Source: Felis catus
Taxonomy: Eukaryota
Assembly: GCF_018350175.1 (NCBI RefSeq)
Contig: NC_058368.1
Coordinates: forward strand, 219,668,001 to 219,732,000
Length of the DNA stretch: 64,000 bases
Direction: 5' to 3'
Both the position numbers and the translations under genes were made by a program. The notes beneath the pieces were generated by a model. The model was not told where the DNA came from and did no database searches. It saw only the letters and a program-made list of their open reading frames with translations. This document shows, piece by piece, positions 13,981 to 26,038 of this stretch. How positions within the stretch are numbered: position 1 is the stretch's first letter; every line of letters begins with the position of its first letter.

Positions 13981-14671
13981 TAATTTTTTTTAAGTTTTTT
14001 TTTTATTTAAAAATTTTTTTTTCAACATTTATTTATTTTTGGGACAGAGAAAGACAGAGCATGAACGGGGGAGGGGCAGAGAGACAGGGAGACACAGAAT
14101 CGGAAACAGGCTCCAGGCTCTGAGCCATCAGCCCAGAGCCCGACGCGGGGCTCGAACTCACGGACCTCACGGACCGTGAGATCGTGACCTGGCTGAAGTC
14201 GGACGCTTAACCGACTGCGCCACCCAGGCGCCCCCTAATTTTTTTTAAGTTTTTAATGTTAATTTATTTTTGAGAGAGACAGAGTGTGAGCAGAGAGGAG
14301 CAGAAAGAGAGGGAGTCAGAATCCGAAGCAGGCTCCAGGCTCTGAGCCATCAGCCCAGAGCCCGACGCGGGGCTCGAACTCACGGACCTCACGGACCGTG
14401 AGATCTTGACCTGGCTGAAGTCGGACGCTTAACCGACTGCGCCACCCAGGCACCCCCTAATTTTTTTTAAGTTTTTAATGTTAATTTATTTTTGAGAGAG
14501 ACAGAGTGTGAGCAGAGAGGAGCAGAAAGAGAGGGAGTCAGAATCCGAAGCAGGCTCCAGGCTCTGAGCCGTCAGCACAGAGCCCAGCGGGGAGACTCAA
14601 ACGCACAAACCACGAGATCCTGACCTGAGCTGAAGTCGGATGCTTAACCAACTGAGCCACCCATGTGCCCC
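13981..14671 (-). mobile_element. Three tandem Can-SINEs (young, chimeric, older)
   Basis: Units at about 13995-14235, 14236-14457 and 14458-14671, with a 222-bp period. Confidence 0.95.
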
Positions 14672-14719
14672 TGACATACCTCATTTTATTCTGCCTTGAG
14701 ATATTATATATATATATAT

Positions 14720-14913
14720 TTTTAGCTTGTTTGTTTATACTGAGAGAGAGAGAGAAAGCAGAGGAGGGGCAGACAGGGGGAGAGAGAGAATCCCAAGCAG
14801 ACTCTGCACTGTCAATGCAGAGTCCAATATGGGGCTCGAAATGGTGAACTGTGAGATCATGACCTGAGTTGAAATCAGTCAGAGTCTTAACCAACTGAGC
14901 CATCCAGGTGCCC
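14720..14913 (-). mobile_element. Can-SINE inside Tigger
   Basis: Typical body ending ccatccaggtgccc. Confidence 0.9.
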
Positions 14914-15801
14914 TGAGAGAAAACATTGTTTAAACTGAAGGATTGTGGCAACTCTGTGCACGGCAAGTCCATTGGCACCATTTTTCAAAAGCTTTTGCTC
15001 ACTTCATGTCTCTGAGTCCCCTTTCGGTAACTTTCTCAATATTCCAAATTTGTTCATTATTATTTAATTTATCATGGTGATCTGTGATCAATGATTACAA
15101 CTCCCTGAAAGCTCAGAAGATGGTTAGTATTTTTAGCAAGGAAGTATTTTTAAAGTAATGTACGTACATTGCTTTTATAGACATAACACTATTATACACT
15201 TAGTAGACTACGGTATAGTGTAAACATAACTTTTACATTCACTGGGAAACCAAAAAAAATCATTTGACTCACTCTATTGAGGTACTCACTTTATGGCAGT
15301 GGTCGGGCACTGAGCGGCAGTTTGAACTAAGCCTCTACTTGTGTATGGGTGGGAGGGCTTGAAAGGAGGGGCTGGCAGAGGTGGTGGCCTGGGGTTATCT
15401 GCCTGCAAGGTCAGGGTGTTCAGCACAGTGGCAAAAGGAGTGATGGAGAGGGCACCTGAACAGTGGTGTTGATTATTCTAAAACGTGAAGAGCTTACAAA
15501 TGTCCACCATTAACTGTGGCTGCTGCAAGGTTTGGTAGATTCTCCTTATTAAGGTAATTAATTTCCTTTCTGTTCCCAGCTAAGAAGATACTTTAATTTA
15601 AAACATGATTGAATGTGTTTAATGACATGTCTATGTATTTTAAAATGATCTTAAGTTATTTTTTCTAGTGGCCTGTGATGTGGTAATTTACATTACTGGC
15701 TTGTTTAGTGCTAAATTGTTCTTGCATTTCGGCAAATAAATACAATAAGATCATGTTTGCTTTTTAAACTATTGTTAATTTACTTAAGCCTTTCCTATTA
15801 A

Positions 15802-16027
15802 GGGGCACCTGTGTGGCTCAGTTGGTTGAGCATCCAAGTCTTGATTTTGGCTCAGGTCATGATCCCAGAGTGGTGGGATCCAGCCCCACTTCAGGCTCCA
15901 CGCCAAATGTGGAACCTGCTTAAAATTCTCTCTTTTTTTTTTCTCTCTCTCTCTCCTCTTTCTTTCTCTCCCTGCCCTTCTCCCTGCTTGCGTGCTCTCT
16001 CTCTCTTTCTAAAAAGAAAAAAAAAAG
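15802..16027 (+). mobile_element. Can-SINE
   Basis: ggggcacctgtgtggctcagttggttgag head, CT tract and A tail. Confidence 0.92.
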
Positions 16028-16130
16028 ACTTTTGTATCAGAATTTGTGAGATTAAATTATTTTCCTTTCTCATTCCTGTTCCAATCTAGTTTATTGATAC
16101 AATAACAACACTCTTGATGCCTAATAAGCC

Positions 16131-17183
16131 GTTTTAAAGTAATTCAATAGAATACCATTAGACTGAAATGGCTCTAATGTCTTGGTTGCCTACATAAGTA
16201 CCAAAACATAAGCCAGCATCAATTCACACAAATCTGAGAAAATGAAATTTAAGGACAGCTAATCACAAACAGCCTAATCAGCATTTCCAAATAAGGCATA
16301 TATATAGTATATAATAATATAATATAATATAAATAATATAATATGATATTATATATTATATATGTATATACTATATAGTATATATAATATTAATATAATA
16401 TATATTATAAAATATCTATATATTTATATAATATATAATAATATATGTATATATATGCCATACATATATATGCCATATATAAATACTGTATATAATATAT
16501 ACATATAATATATAATATCATATATATTATATTATATTATATTATATTATATTATATTATATCATATATAACACTATATATATATATATATATATGCCTT
16601 ATTTGGAAAAGCTGATTTAGAAAAGGTTTTATACACACACACACACACACATATATATATACCTTATATATATACTTATATATATATATATATAAGTATA
16701 TAGTGTATATATATAGTATATACATAGTATATATGGTGTATACTATATAATATAATATATGCTATATAATACTATATAATATATACTATGTACTATATAA
16801 TATATTATATACATAGTATATATAGTATATACTATATAATATATTATATACATAGTATATATAGTATATACTATATACTATAATATATTATATACTATAT
16901 ATGCTATATACCATACTATATAATATAATATATTATATAGTATATACTATATATACTATATATATGCCTTATTTGGAAAAGCGGATTTGGCTGTTTGTGA
17001 TTAGCTGTCCTTAAATTTCAAATATATAAACATATATATATATGCTATGTCTTCTCTATGAAAGCCTTCACTTACCTTCTGTTTGTTGAGTGCTTCTCAC
17101 CAATGTTTGGTCCTGCCTCATTGGAATTAGTTTGTTCAAATAAATTATTGGAAATGTAATGTGCTTCAGTTTATCTCTTAACA
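16131..17183 (+). mobile_element. ERV1-class solo LTR (MER34-like) disrupted by an AT-rich expansion
   Basis: The 3' end gttcaaataaattattggaaatgtaatgtgcttcagtttatctcttaaca resembles MER34-family ends; the 5' boundary is approximate. Confidence 0.55.
16298..17043. repeat. Complex AT-rich low-complexity tract ((TA)n, (ATATT)n, TATAG/CTATA units)
   Basis: Read directly. Confidence 0.95.
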
Positions 17184-18929
17184 GACTTTTGCTTTAAAGT
17201 CATTTTTTCTTAATGATGTTATAACAATGACAATTTTCCTTTACTTGAATATTCTTACTATAATATTTTTAAAATATGTCTACCTTTTTTGTGGCAATTT
17301 GGATCATTCTATTAATTGTAATTTTCAATATATTAAGACTAATTTTCACCGTCACAATTTGGGTGTTCCTTTATTCAATCTTATGCTTTTTTTTTTTCTG
17401 ATATCCTTGGACTTTCCATGCTTCTTATTTCCTTACCTATCCACACACTGGTTTTAAAATTTATACATTGTTATTTTTTTCCTTAAAACGATACTTTTGA
17501 AATTTTTTCATGTATCCTAGACTCTAACAAATTTTAAAAATAACATGTACATTCTTAAAATAATCTGCTTGGGGCAGCGCAGATTTGGATATAATACAAC
17601 TGGTAACCATTTTTCTTTCCTCAGCAATTCCTAAGACACTATATTAATGTTTCAATAACTTGCTCTACATATTGATATGTCAGTATCTAATTGCTTTAAA
17701 GACTTCTCATTGTACTTAGTCACCTGCAGTTTTCCTAAAATATGCTGACATGCAGATTTATCCTACTTAAAACTTCTGCCCTTTGAGTCTGAGAAGTCAT
17801 TTATTTCATCAAATTATTCCTTTTCCTTCTCTCCATTCCTTCCATGATAATTCCTAATAGGCATGATAAACTGCCTCCTGGTTCATTATATTCCCTTTTA
17901 CATGTTTCCCTTCTATCTGTCTGTAATATATAACACAACTTCAGGTCCTACTTTTCCAGCCAAATTGAATCTTCTGGTTAAAATTCAATAAGCTTCTATG
18001 ATTCAAACTCAGTAACACTCTTAAAGATCCCATTTAAATAATTTTAAAATAATCTTGTCTCTCTGCATTTTTATATGTTTGAACTTCCTATATGTTAAAC
18101 TAATTTCATTATTTTAAATCAATTAAGTGTTCTTACTTAAAAGTCTATTAAACATTTCTATAATCTTTAGTTCTTGGGAGTTTACTTCTTTTACTAATAT
18201 ATCACTCATGAGATGTTTTCTTTCTTTCCTTTAGCCTAGATATTAATACCTTGTCAATATCATACACAGTACAAATCACTTCTTTGAAAATGTTTGTAAA
18301 TCATTGTGCAAGCCCTCTGTTTAGTACTATTACTTTTAATATTGATATTGTTAACTTTGGATGCTGTTTATAAAAGTTCTTTCTTACTTACAAACACTTT
18401 TTTCCAATGCTTTTTGAATTTTTCTATTTGTGATTAGCTCTCTAGTTTTTATTAATTTTTGTATATGCAAAATATAAACCTAAATTGACTTTCTTATATC
18501 TGGAAGTCATTACCCACCATCAATTTTTGAATAACTAATACTGACCTCACAGATTTGAAATATCAAATTTATAATATAATCAATATCCATACGTGGGGAA
18601 AAAAAAGGGATAACACAGCATGAGCTGCTGGCTTTCTTCCAAAAATGGGGATGCTTCTTCAAAAGTGAGAAGAGAGAGAGAAGTATGTGGATCTGGAAAA
18701 CTGTCATAAAAAGTCTGTGTGAAAATCCTTTAGAAATAGAAGACATTTAAGAAAAAATGTCATCAGGATATAGTGTGTGTCTTTGGGGTGTTATCAGAAA
18801 AGGGTAATAGTCAATGAGAAATATTTCAATGCTCTGCAACACTTTGTTTAAATCTTAGACTGTTTTATTGCCACAGTCTCATTTGTAATCTATTTTTTAT
18901 TTTGCTAAGTTAATGAAATACTGCAGTGA

Positions 18930-20800
18930 TAATATCAATAGATTCAGAAAAACATTTTGATAAATTTCCCTTTTAATATGTGTTTTTTTAAAGAAAACAT
19001 AATCCATATGATGGAATAAAAAGGAACATTCTAAACTTATTATGTCTATATTATGTGCAGTTAAAGCAACCATTAAAATTTGTGGAGTTACTAAAATGCA
19101 CTTCTTTTAAAGTAGGAGGAAGAATTTATAAAACCATGTCTGCCATTACTGCTATTGTTCAAGCAATATTTGAGCCTTGAAAATATTTTTAAACAAGAAA
19201 TAATGCTGCAAGAAAATTCTATGAGTATGTTAAGGTGAGAAAAAATTAAGTTTTTTTTATTATTTGCAGATTTCATCAACCACATTAAAAAATCTACCAT
19301 TCCCAAAAGTTATTTTATGGATATTGACAAACTGTTTCTAAAGTTTATATGGAGAAGCAAAAGACCTAAAAGAACCAATACAATATTGAAGGAGAATAAA
19401 ATAGGACAGATGCTACTTAACTTCAAAATTCACTCTAAAGCTGCAGTAATGAAGAAACATTGTAGGGGTGAAAGAATAGACAAATAGATCAGTAGAATAG
19501 AATACAGAGCCCAGAAATAGACCTCTATAAATATAGTCAACTAATTTTTGATGATGTAGCTAGCAGAGGAAATACAATGGAACAAAGATAGTCTCTTAAA
19601 CAAGTGGTGTTAGAATAACTGAACATTCATATGCAAAAAAAAGAATCTAAAAGAATCTAGACAGACCTTAGATGACCCACAAATTAACTCAGAATGGATC
19701 ACAGACCTGTGATGCCTTTTTAGATACAATATCAAAGGCACCATCTACAAAAGAAATGATTGATAAGTTGTACTTTATTTTTTTTGATAAGTTGGACGTT
19801 ATTAAAATTGTAAAAGTCTGCTCTGTGAAAATAACACTATCAACAAAATGAGCAGACAAGCCACAGACTGGGAGAAATTATTTGTAAGAGACACATTTGA
19901 TAAGAGAGTGTTATCCAAACTATACAAAGAACATTTAAAAATCATCAATATGAAAACAAGGTGATTAAAAAATAGGCTAAGGATTTCAACAGTCATCTCA
20001 TCAAAGTAGATATACAAGTGGCAAATAAGTACGTGAAGAGAGGTTCCACAGTATATCTCATCAGGGAAATGCAAATTAAAAACATGAGAAACCACTGCAC
20101 ACCTATTCGAATACAGAACACTGACAACATGAAATCTGGTGATGAGGTGAACAACAGGAACTCTCATATTTTGCTGGTAGGAATGCAAAAGAGCACAGCC
20201 ACTTTGGAAAACTGGTGGTTTCTTGTAAAATGTAGCAAGCTTGTTATGGAGTTGAGCATTCGTGCTTCTCACTATGTACCCAAAGGAGGTGAAAATTTAT
20301 GTCCATACAAAAACCTGCACATACATGTGTGTAACAGCTTTATTCATAATTTCCCATACTTGGAAGCAACCAATATATGCTTTAGTAGGTGAATGGATAG
20401 GTAAATTGCAGCACATCTAGACAATGGAATATTATTTAGTGCAAAAAAGAAATGAGCTATTAAGCCACAGAAAGACATGGAAGGGCTTTATGTATATCAC
20501 TAAGTGAAAGAAGCCAGTCTGAAAAGCATATATATTATATACTCCCAACTATATATGACATTCTGGAAAAGGCAAAACTAAGAAAAAAAATAAAATAAAA
20601 TAAAAAAATAAAACTGGTTACCAGTTTTAGAGGCAGGAGGAATGATTAGGCAGAGCACAGAAGACACCGAGGGCAGTGAAATCAGTCTGTACGGTATTAT
20701 AATAATGGGTGTACGTCCTTATACATATATTGAAGCCCGTAGAATGTACAATAGCAAAATTAAACCTAATGTTCTTCATGTTATTATAATGTGTCAGTGG
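18930..20800 (+). mobile_element. Old L1 (L1MC-like) ORF2 3' half and 3'UTR
   Basis: Degenerate ORF2 (MANKYVKRGSTVYLIREMQIK) and the 3'UTR motif ctaagtgaaagaagccagtctgaaaag...atgacattctggaaaaggcaaaacta. Confidence 0.85.
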
Positions 20801-20899
20801 TAAAAACAATGCATGGTAAAAAATAAGAAAACATATGTCAATAAGCAATATAAAGAAGATCTGAATAAAAAATAGAGAGGTAAATCAGATAATTGTTTC

Positions 20900-21118
20900 T
20901 TTTTTTTGATAAATTTTTAAATATTTATTTATTTTTGAGAGAGAGAGACAGCTTGTGAGTAGGGGAGGGGAGAGACAAAGGGAGACACAGAATCTGAAGC
21001 AGGCTCCAGGCTCTGAACTGTCAGCACAGAGTCCAACATGGGGTTCAAATTCAGGAAAGCAGGATCATGACCTCAGCTGAAGTTGGACTCTCAACTGACT
21101 GAGCCACCTAGGTGCCCC
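20900..21118 (-). mobile_element. Can-SINE
   Basis: Typical body; TSD agat(a/c)attgtttctt. Confidence 0.93.
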
Positions 21119-21174
21119 AGATCATTGTTTCTTAAGAGCAAAGAAGTATAAAACAACTTAGCAAGTATATGTAT

Positions 21175-22340
21175 TTTTATTTTAATTTTTAAAATAAAAA
21201 TTATTTTTATTTTAATATTTTTAAATACAAATATTTTATTTTTTATTTTAATTTATGTTAACTGTATAGTTAACATACAGTGCTATATTAGTTTCATGTA
21301 TACAATTAAGTGATTCAATAATTCTTTATATTGATCAGTGCTCATCATGATAAGTATGCTCTTTAATCTCTATCACCTATTTTACCCATCACCCTACCCA
21401 CCTCCCCTCTGGTAACCATCAGTTTGTTCTCCATAGTTAAGAGTCTGTTTCTTGGTTTGTCGCTCTTTTTGTTTTCCCTATGCTCGTTTGTTTTGTATCT
21501 TAAATTCCACATAAGAGTGAAATCATATGGTATTTGTCTCTCTCTATTGAGTTATTTTGCTTAGCATAATACTTTCTAGCTCCATCCACATCATTGCTAA
21601 TGGCAAGATTTTATTCTTTTTCATGGCTGAGTAATACTCTATTGTGTATATATGCCATTTCCTCTTTATCCATTCATTAGTCAATGGACATTTGTGCTGT
21701 TTCCATAATATGGATATTGTAGATAATGTTGATATAAACATTGGGGTATATAAATCTTTTGAATTAATACTTTTGTATTGTTTGGGTAAATACCTACCAG
21801 TGTAATTGCTAGATTGTAGAGTAGTTCTATTTTTAACTCTTTGAGGAATCTCTATAGTGTTTTCCAGAGTGACTGTACCAGTTTGCATTCCCACCAACAG
21901 TGAAGAAGTGCTCCCATTTCTTCACATCTTTGCCAACACGTGTTGTTTCTTGTGTTACTGATTTTAGCCATTCTGACAGATATGAGATGATCTGATTGTA
22001 GTTTTGATTTGTATTTCCATGATGATGACTGATCTTGACCATCTTTTCATATGTCTGTTAACCATTTGTGTGTCTTTTTTGGAAAAATGTCCATTCATGT
22101 GTTCTGTCCACTTTTTAATTCAAAAATAATAATAATCATCATTATTATTTTGGTGTTAAGTGTATCAGGTTTTTTAAAATAGATTTTGGATACTAACCCT
22201 TTGTCAGATATGTTATTTGAAAATATCTTTCCCCATTCAGTTGTTGTCTTTTAGTTTTGTTGATTGTTTCCTTCACTGTGCATAAGCTTTTTATTTTGAT
22301 GTAGTCCCAATAGTTTATTTTTGCTTTTATTTCCTTTGCA
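21175..22340 (-). mobile_element. 5'-truncated carnivore L1 3' end
   Basis: The minus strand gives the ORF2 C-terminus (TPMFISTLSTISILWKQHKCPLTNEWIK...WMELESIMLS), a 3'UTR and an A-rich tail. Confidence 0.92.
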
Positions 22341-24198
22341 GGATATAACATGCTTGCAGCAATACAACAGGATCCTTGTAGAGATTCAGCAGTTTTCTCT
22401 CATCCAGGGTGCAACGCAATTTTATAATTTTAGAAGTGTAAAAGTCAATTACATTTCATTATGTTTTTTTTTAAATTATTTTTAGTAAGGAGAGAGATTT
22501 ATATAGACTTATTTATACAGTCTTATTTCGTAATGTGTTGTGTCTAGGACATAAATATTCAGTAAAGACTTATGTGGGATTAAAGACTTAATTTTTTAAA
22601 AAATGGGAATAATTTTTACATGTGATCATCACATAAAATTACATATATTTTTATATTTATATGCACTTGTGTATGTGACCTTTTCGTTATGTCCTCCTCT
22701 CTTCCAAAGCTGTCAACTATATGTGACAACTATATTTTTATATGTGGACCAACAACATAGATACACATGTTTACATCTACATATCTAGAGATACCTGAAT
22801 GTACATAAACATGCATATGCATATATAGATGCATCATTAATACAAAATCTACATTTTCAAATTTTTTTTTGGTGACTGAAGTAAGATAGTAAAATAAGTA
22901 AAGCAAAGATAAGTAAAATGACTAATCGACTATGAAACAGTATAATATAATAACATAATTCACCAAATTGATTGCTGTTCAATTAAAAAAGCCATCACTT
23001 TAAGCACTTTGTCTTATTAAATTATCACTAAACTGTCCAATATGTTTATTTCAATTTGTTCATTTGAACAATGTTAAATGGATGTTTTCTAAAATTCAGG
23101 AAAATTGGAAACCAGGGTTTAATTATCATTATGACAAAGTAAAAGACATTAGTTTTATAATTGGCAAAATATCTTTTGCACTATACTGAAATAAAGTTCC
23201 ATGTTACAGATTGTGAAGCATGCCATTTGAAAATTCCTGAAAAATAACACAAACATCAATAAACCAAATGCAAAAATGCCAAATCATATCAACAAGCAAA
23301 CATGGTATACATAAGTGAATATTTTAGTGATGGCAGTACATTTAATTTCAAATGCTTCTGGTTCATACATAAAATAATGGAAAGTAAAAATATATATAGT
23401 ATCTAAATATAGAGCATATCTTTGATAATTCACACAACACATTTTCCATATTTTTCTTTCAAATAATGACACAAACTAAAGAGAAAGCCTCACTGAGAAC
23501 TGAACGAGGATACACAACATTTGCCTTCTCCCCTACACTGCATCTGTTTATCCCCACACTGCTCTCAAATAAGAGATTCAGGAATTCAAGAACTTTCCTC
23601 CGATTTTGGCTCAGAAACAGGCTGTCAGGATGAAAGAGGGTCAGGTTTTAGCAAAACAGGCACTGTACTTGAAGATTAGCCATTAGCTCCAGATCCATGC
23701 CAACAATAGCAGCTGGCTTTTAAAAGTCTCACATGCTCACTTCATTTCTGTTCATTGATTTCTCTAAAATGAGTGAGGAAGGATAAATGACAAGGATAGG
23801 AGGGCACAAGTATCTTCATGTTGTTTTCACTAAATTGGAGTCAACAGATTTAATTGTTTTTGTCATGCAATGATCAATAAACTTAAATACAGCAGTGAAC
23901 GTTTTGGATCACATCTCAGAAACGTTAGACAACAAACTGCATTTATCATGCACTGTATGTATGTATATATGTATGTGCATATGTATGTATGTATGTATAT
24001 GTGCATGCATGTTTACATACATGCACAAGCATGTATCATAAGGAGTTACAATAATTTGGAAAAACAGAGATACTATATTAAGTGCATAATGTATAGCCCG
24101 TCTTGAATATACACCAAGATTATATAGCGTAACTATATGCACAGATACTTAAAGATAGTTATAACTGGCTGTCAGGTGTGACTTTAATGCCCTGTATA

Positions 24199-24201
<3 letters not shown>

Positions 24202-24243
<42 letters not shown>
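24202..24243. repeat. (TG)n microsatellite
   Basis: Read directly. Confidence 0.95.
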
Positions 24244-24245
<2 letters not shown>

Positions 24246-24599
24246 AAGCACTGAGAAATTAGGTGCATCCACTAAGGTTATCTCTCTATTCCCCTTATTC
24301 CTTATTCGTCATAATATTCTTTATCATTCACTCAGTGGGTCAGCAGTAATGGCTTATAGTAGGTAAAGATCCATTTATTTTACACAATATGACAGCCAAT
24401 ATATTCAAATAAAAATTATGTGTCTTAGAGTACCATCAGGATGTTTAAATAGATTAAAAAACGTTAAGGAGATTTAAAAATTCTTGATTTTTTAGGAGTG
24501 GCACAATGATTAGAAATCTTTACTTTCAGAAATAAAATTTAGGTTCACATTGTGATGGACTGTGAGGTGAAGGAGAGTTTGCGTTGAGATGTATCTCCC

Positions 24600-24826
24600 G
24601 GGGTGCCTAAGTGGCTCAGTTGGTTAAAGGTTTGACTCTTAATTTCAGCTCAAGTCATTGTCTCATGGTTCATGAATTCGAGCCCCATATCCACCCCCAC
24701 CTTGAGCTCTGCACTGACAGTGTGGAGCCTGCTTGGGATTCTCTCTCTTCCTCTCTCTCTACCACTTCCCCACTCATGCTTTCTCTCTCAAAAATAAACA
24801 AACTTTAAAAAGAAAGAAAGAAAAAA
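24600..24826 (+). mobile_element. Can-SINE
   Basis: Typical body; TSD gagatgtatctc. Confidence 0.93.
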
Positions 24827-25062
24827 GAGATGTATCTCTCAAGGGTTTAAAACTTAGGCATAAAAAAACGGGAGTTTGGAAAGAGCTTTTGACTATTAAG
24901 AGCATTCTAAGCAATGATCACTGTCCAAAGCAGATGGAAGGACTTGGGACAGAGAATTCTAGTGGTACTTAAGAACATGGCTGGGGACTGTCCAGGGGCT
25001 TCGGAAGCACCTCAGTAGCTGAACATGTTCAGAGCACAGTCTATTAAAAATACGTAGCATGT

Positions 25063-25285
25063 GGGGCACCTGCGTGGCTCAGTCAGTTGAGACTCAGACT
25101 TTGGCTCAGGTCATGATCTCACCCTTTGTGAGTTCCAGCCCCGTGTCAGGCTCTGTGCTGACAGCTCCGAGTTTGGAACCTGCTTCAGATTCTGTGTCTC
25201 CCTCTCTCTCTGCCCTTCCCTCGCTCTGTCTCTCTGTCTCTCTGTCTCTCTGTCTCTCAAAATTAAACATTAAAAAAAATAAGGA
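25063..25285 (+). mobile_element. Can-SINE
   Basis: ggggcacctgcgtggctcagtcagttgag head, CT tract and A tail. Confidence 0.93.
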
Positions 25286-25799
25286 AAATATGTATGTCAT
25301 TTCTAAAATGGGAAGATTTATGAAAGTGGAGAGTTCACTAATTTTTTCTAAATTACCCAAACTCACTTTTTCCCATTTCCCTTTTACTTAGTGATGTTTG
25401 ATATTATACTTCCAAATGATATGATTTAATTTGCCATAAAAATTGCTCCAAATGGTAATGTGTTGTCTTAAGAAGCAGAAGACATGGAAATTCAAGAAGA
25501 TATCTACAGTGTTTTTAAGAAATCTGTGAGTTGAATAAATTTTGAAATCATTAAAAATAAAGTGAGAAAAATTCCTCCTCTCACAGGATTTATCATTATG
25601 GAAACATCTGGCATTTGGAATACAGATATTAAAATAAAATTCATGATATTTTACAATATCATTCACAATGTATAATTGATCTTTTTTAGCAGATTTTTAA
25701 AATTAGTCATTCTTTTTTTGCTTTCCAAACATGTATTTTATATGACCCAATCATCTTATATTACAATAAAAACATAGTAAGAAGAAAATTATACTATAT

Positions 25800-25839
25800 G
25801 TTTTTATTTATTTTTTTAATTTTTTAATGTTTGTTTATT

Positions 25840-25873
<34 letters not shown>

Positions 25874-26038
25874 AGTATGCGCGGGGGAGGGGCAGAGAGA
25901 GAGGGAGACAGAATCCGAAGCAAGTTCCAGGCTGAGCTGTCAGCAGAGAGACCCACGTGGGGATCGAACTTACCCACTGGGAGATCATGACCTAAGCCGC
26001 AGTCGAAGGTCCAACTGACTGAGCCACTCTGGCGCCCC
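25800..26038 (-). mobile_element. Can-SINE
   Basis: Typical body with (GA)n; TSD tatactata(t/c)gtttt. Confidence 0.93.

Larger units (their letters stand above)
13967..15315. mobile_element. Internally deleted Tigger1-like DNA transposon carrying nested SINEs
   Basis: Starts ta|caggcatacct and resumes catacctcattttatt after the SINEs; contains Tigger1 end motifs aaactgaaggattgtggcaac, gctcagaagatggttagtatttttagca and agactacggtatagtgtaaacataactttta. Confidence 0.8.
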
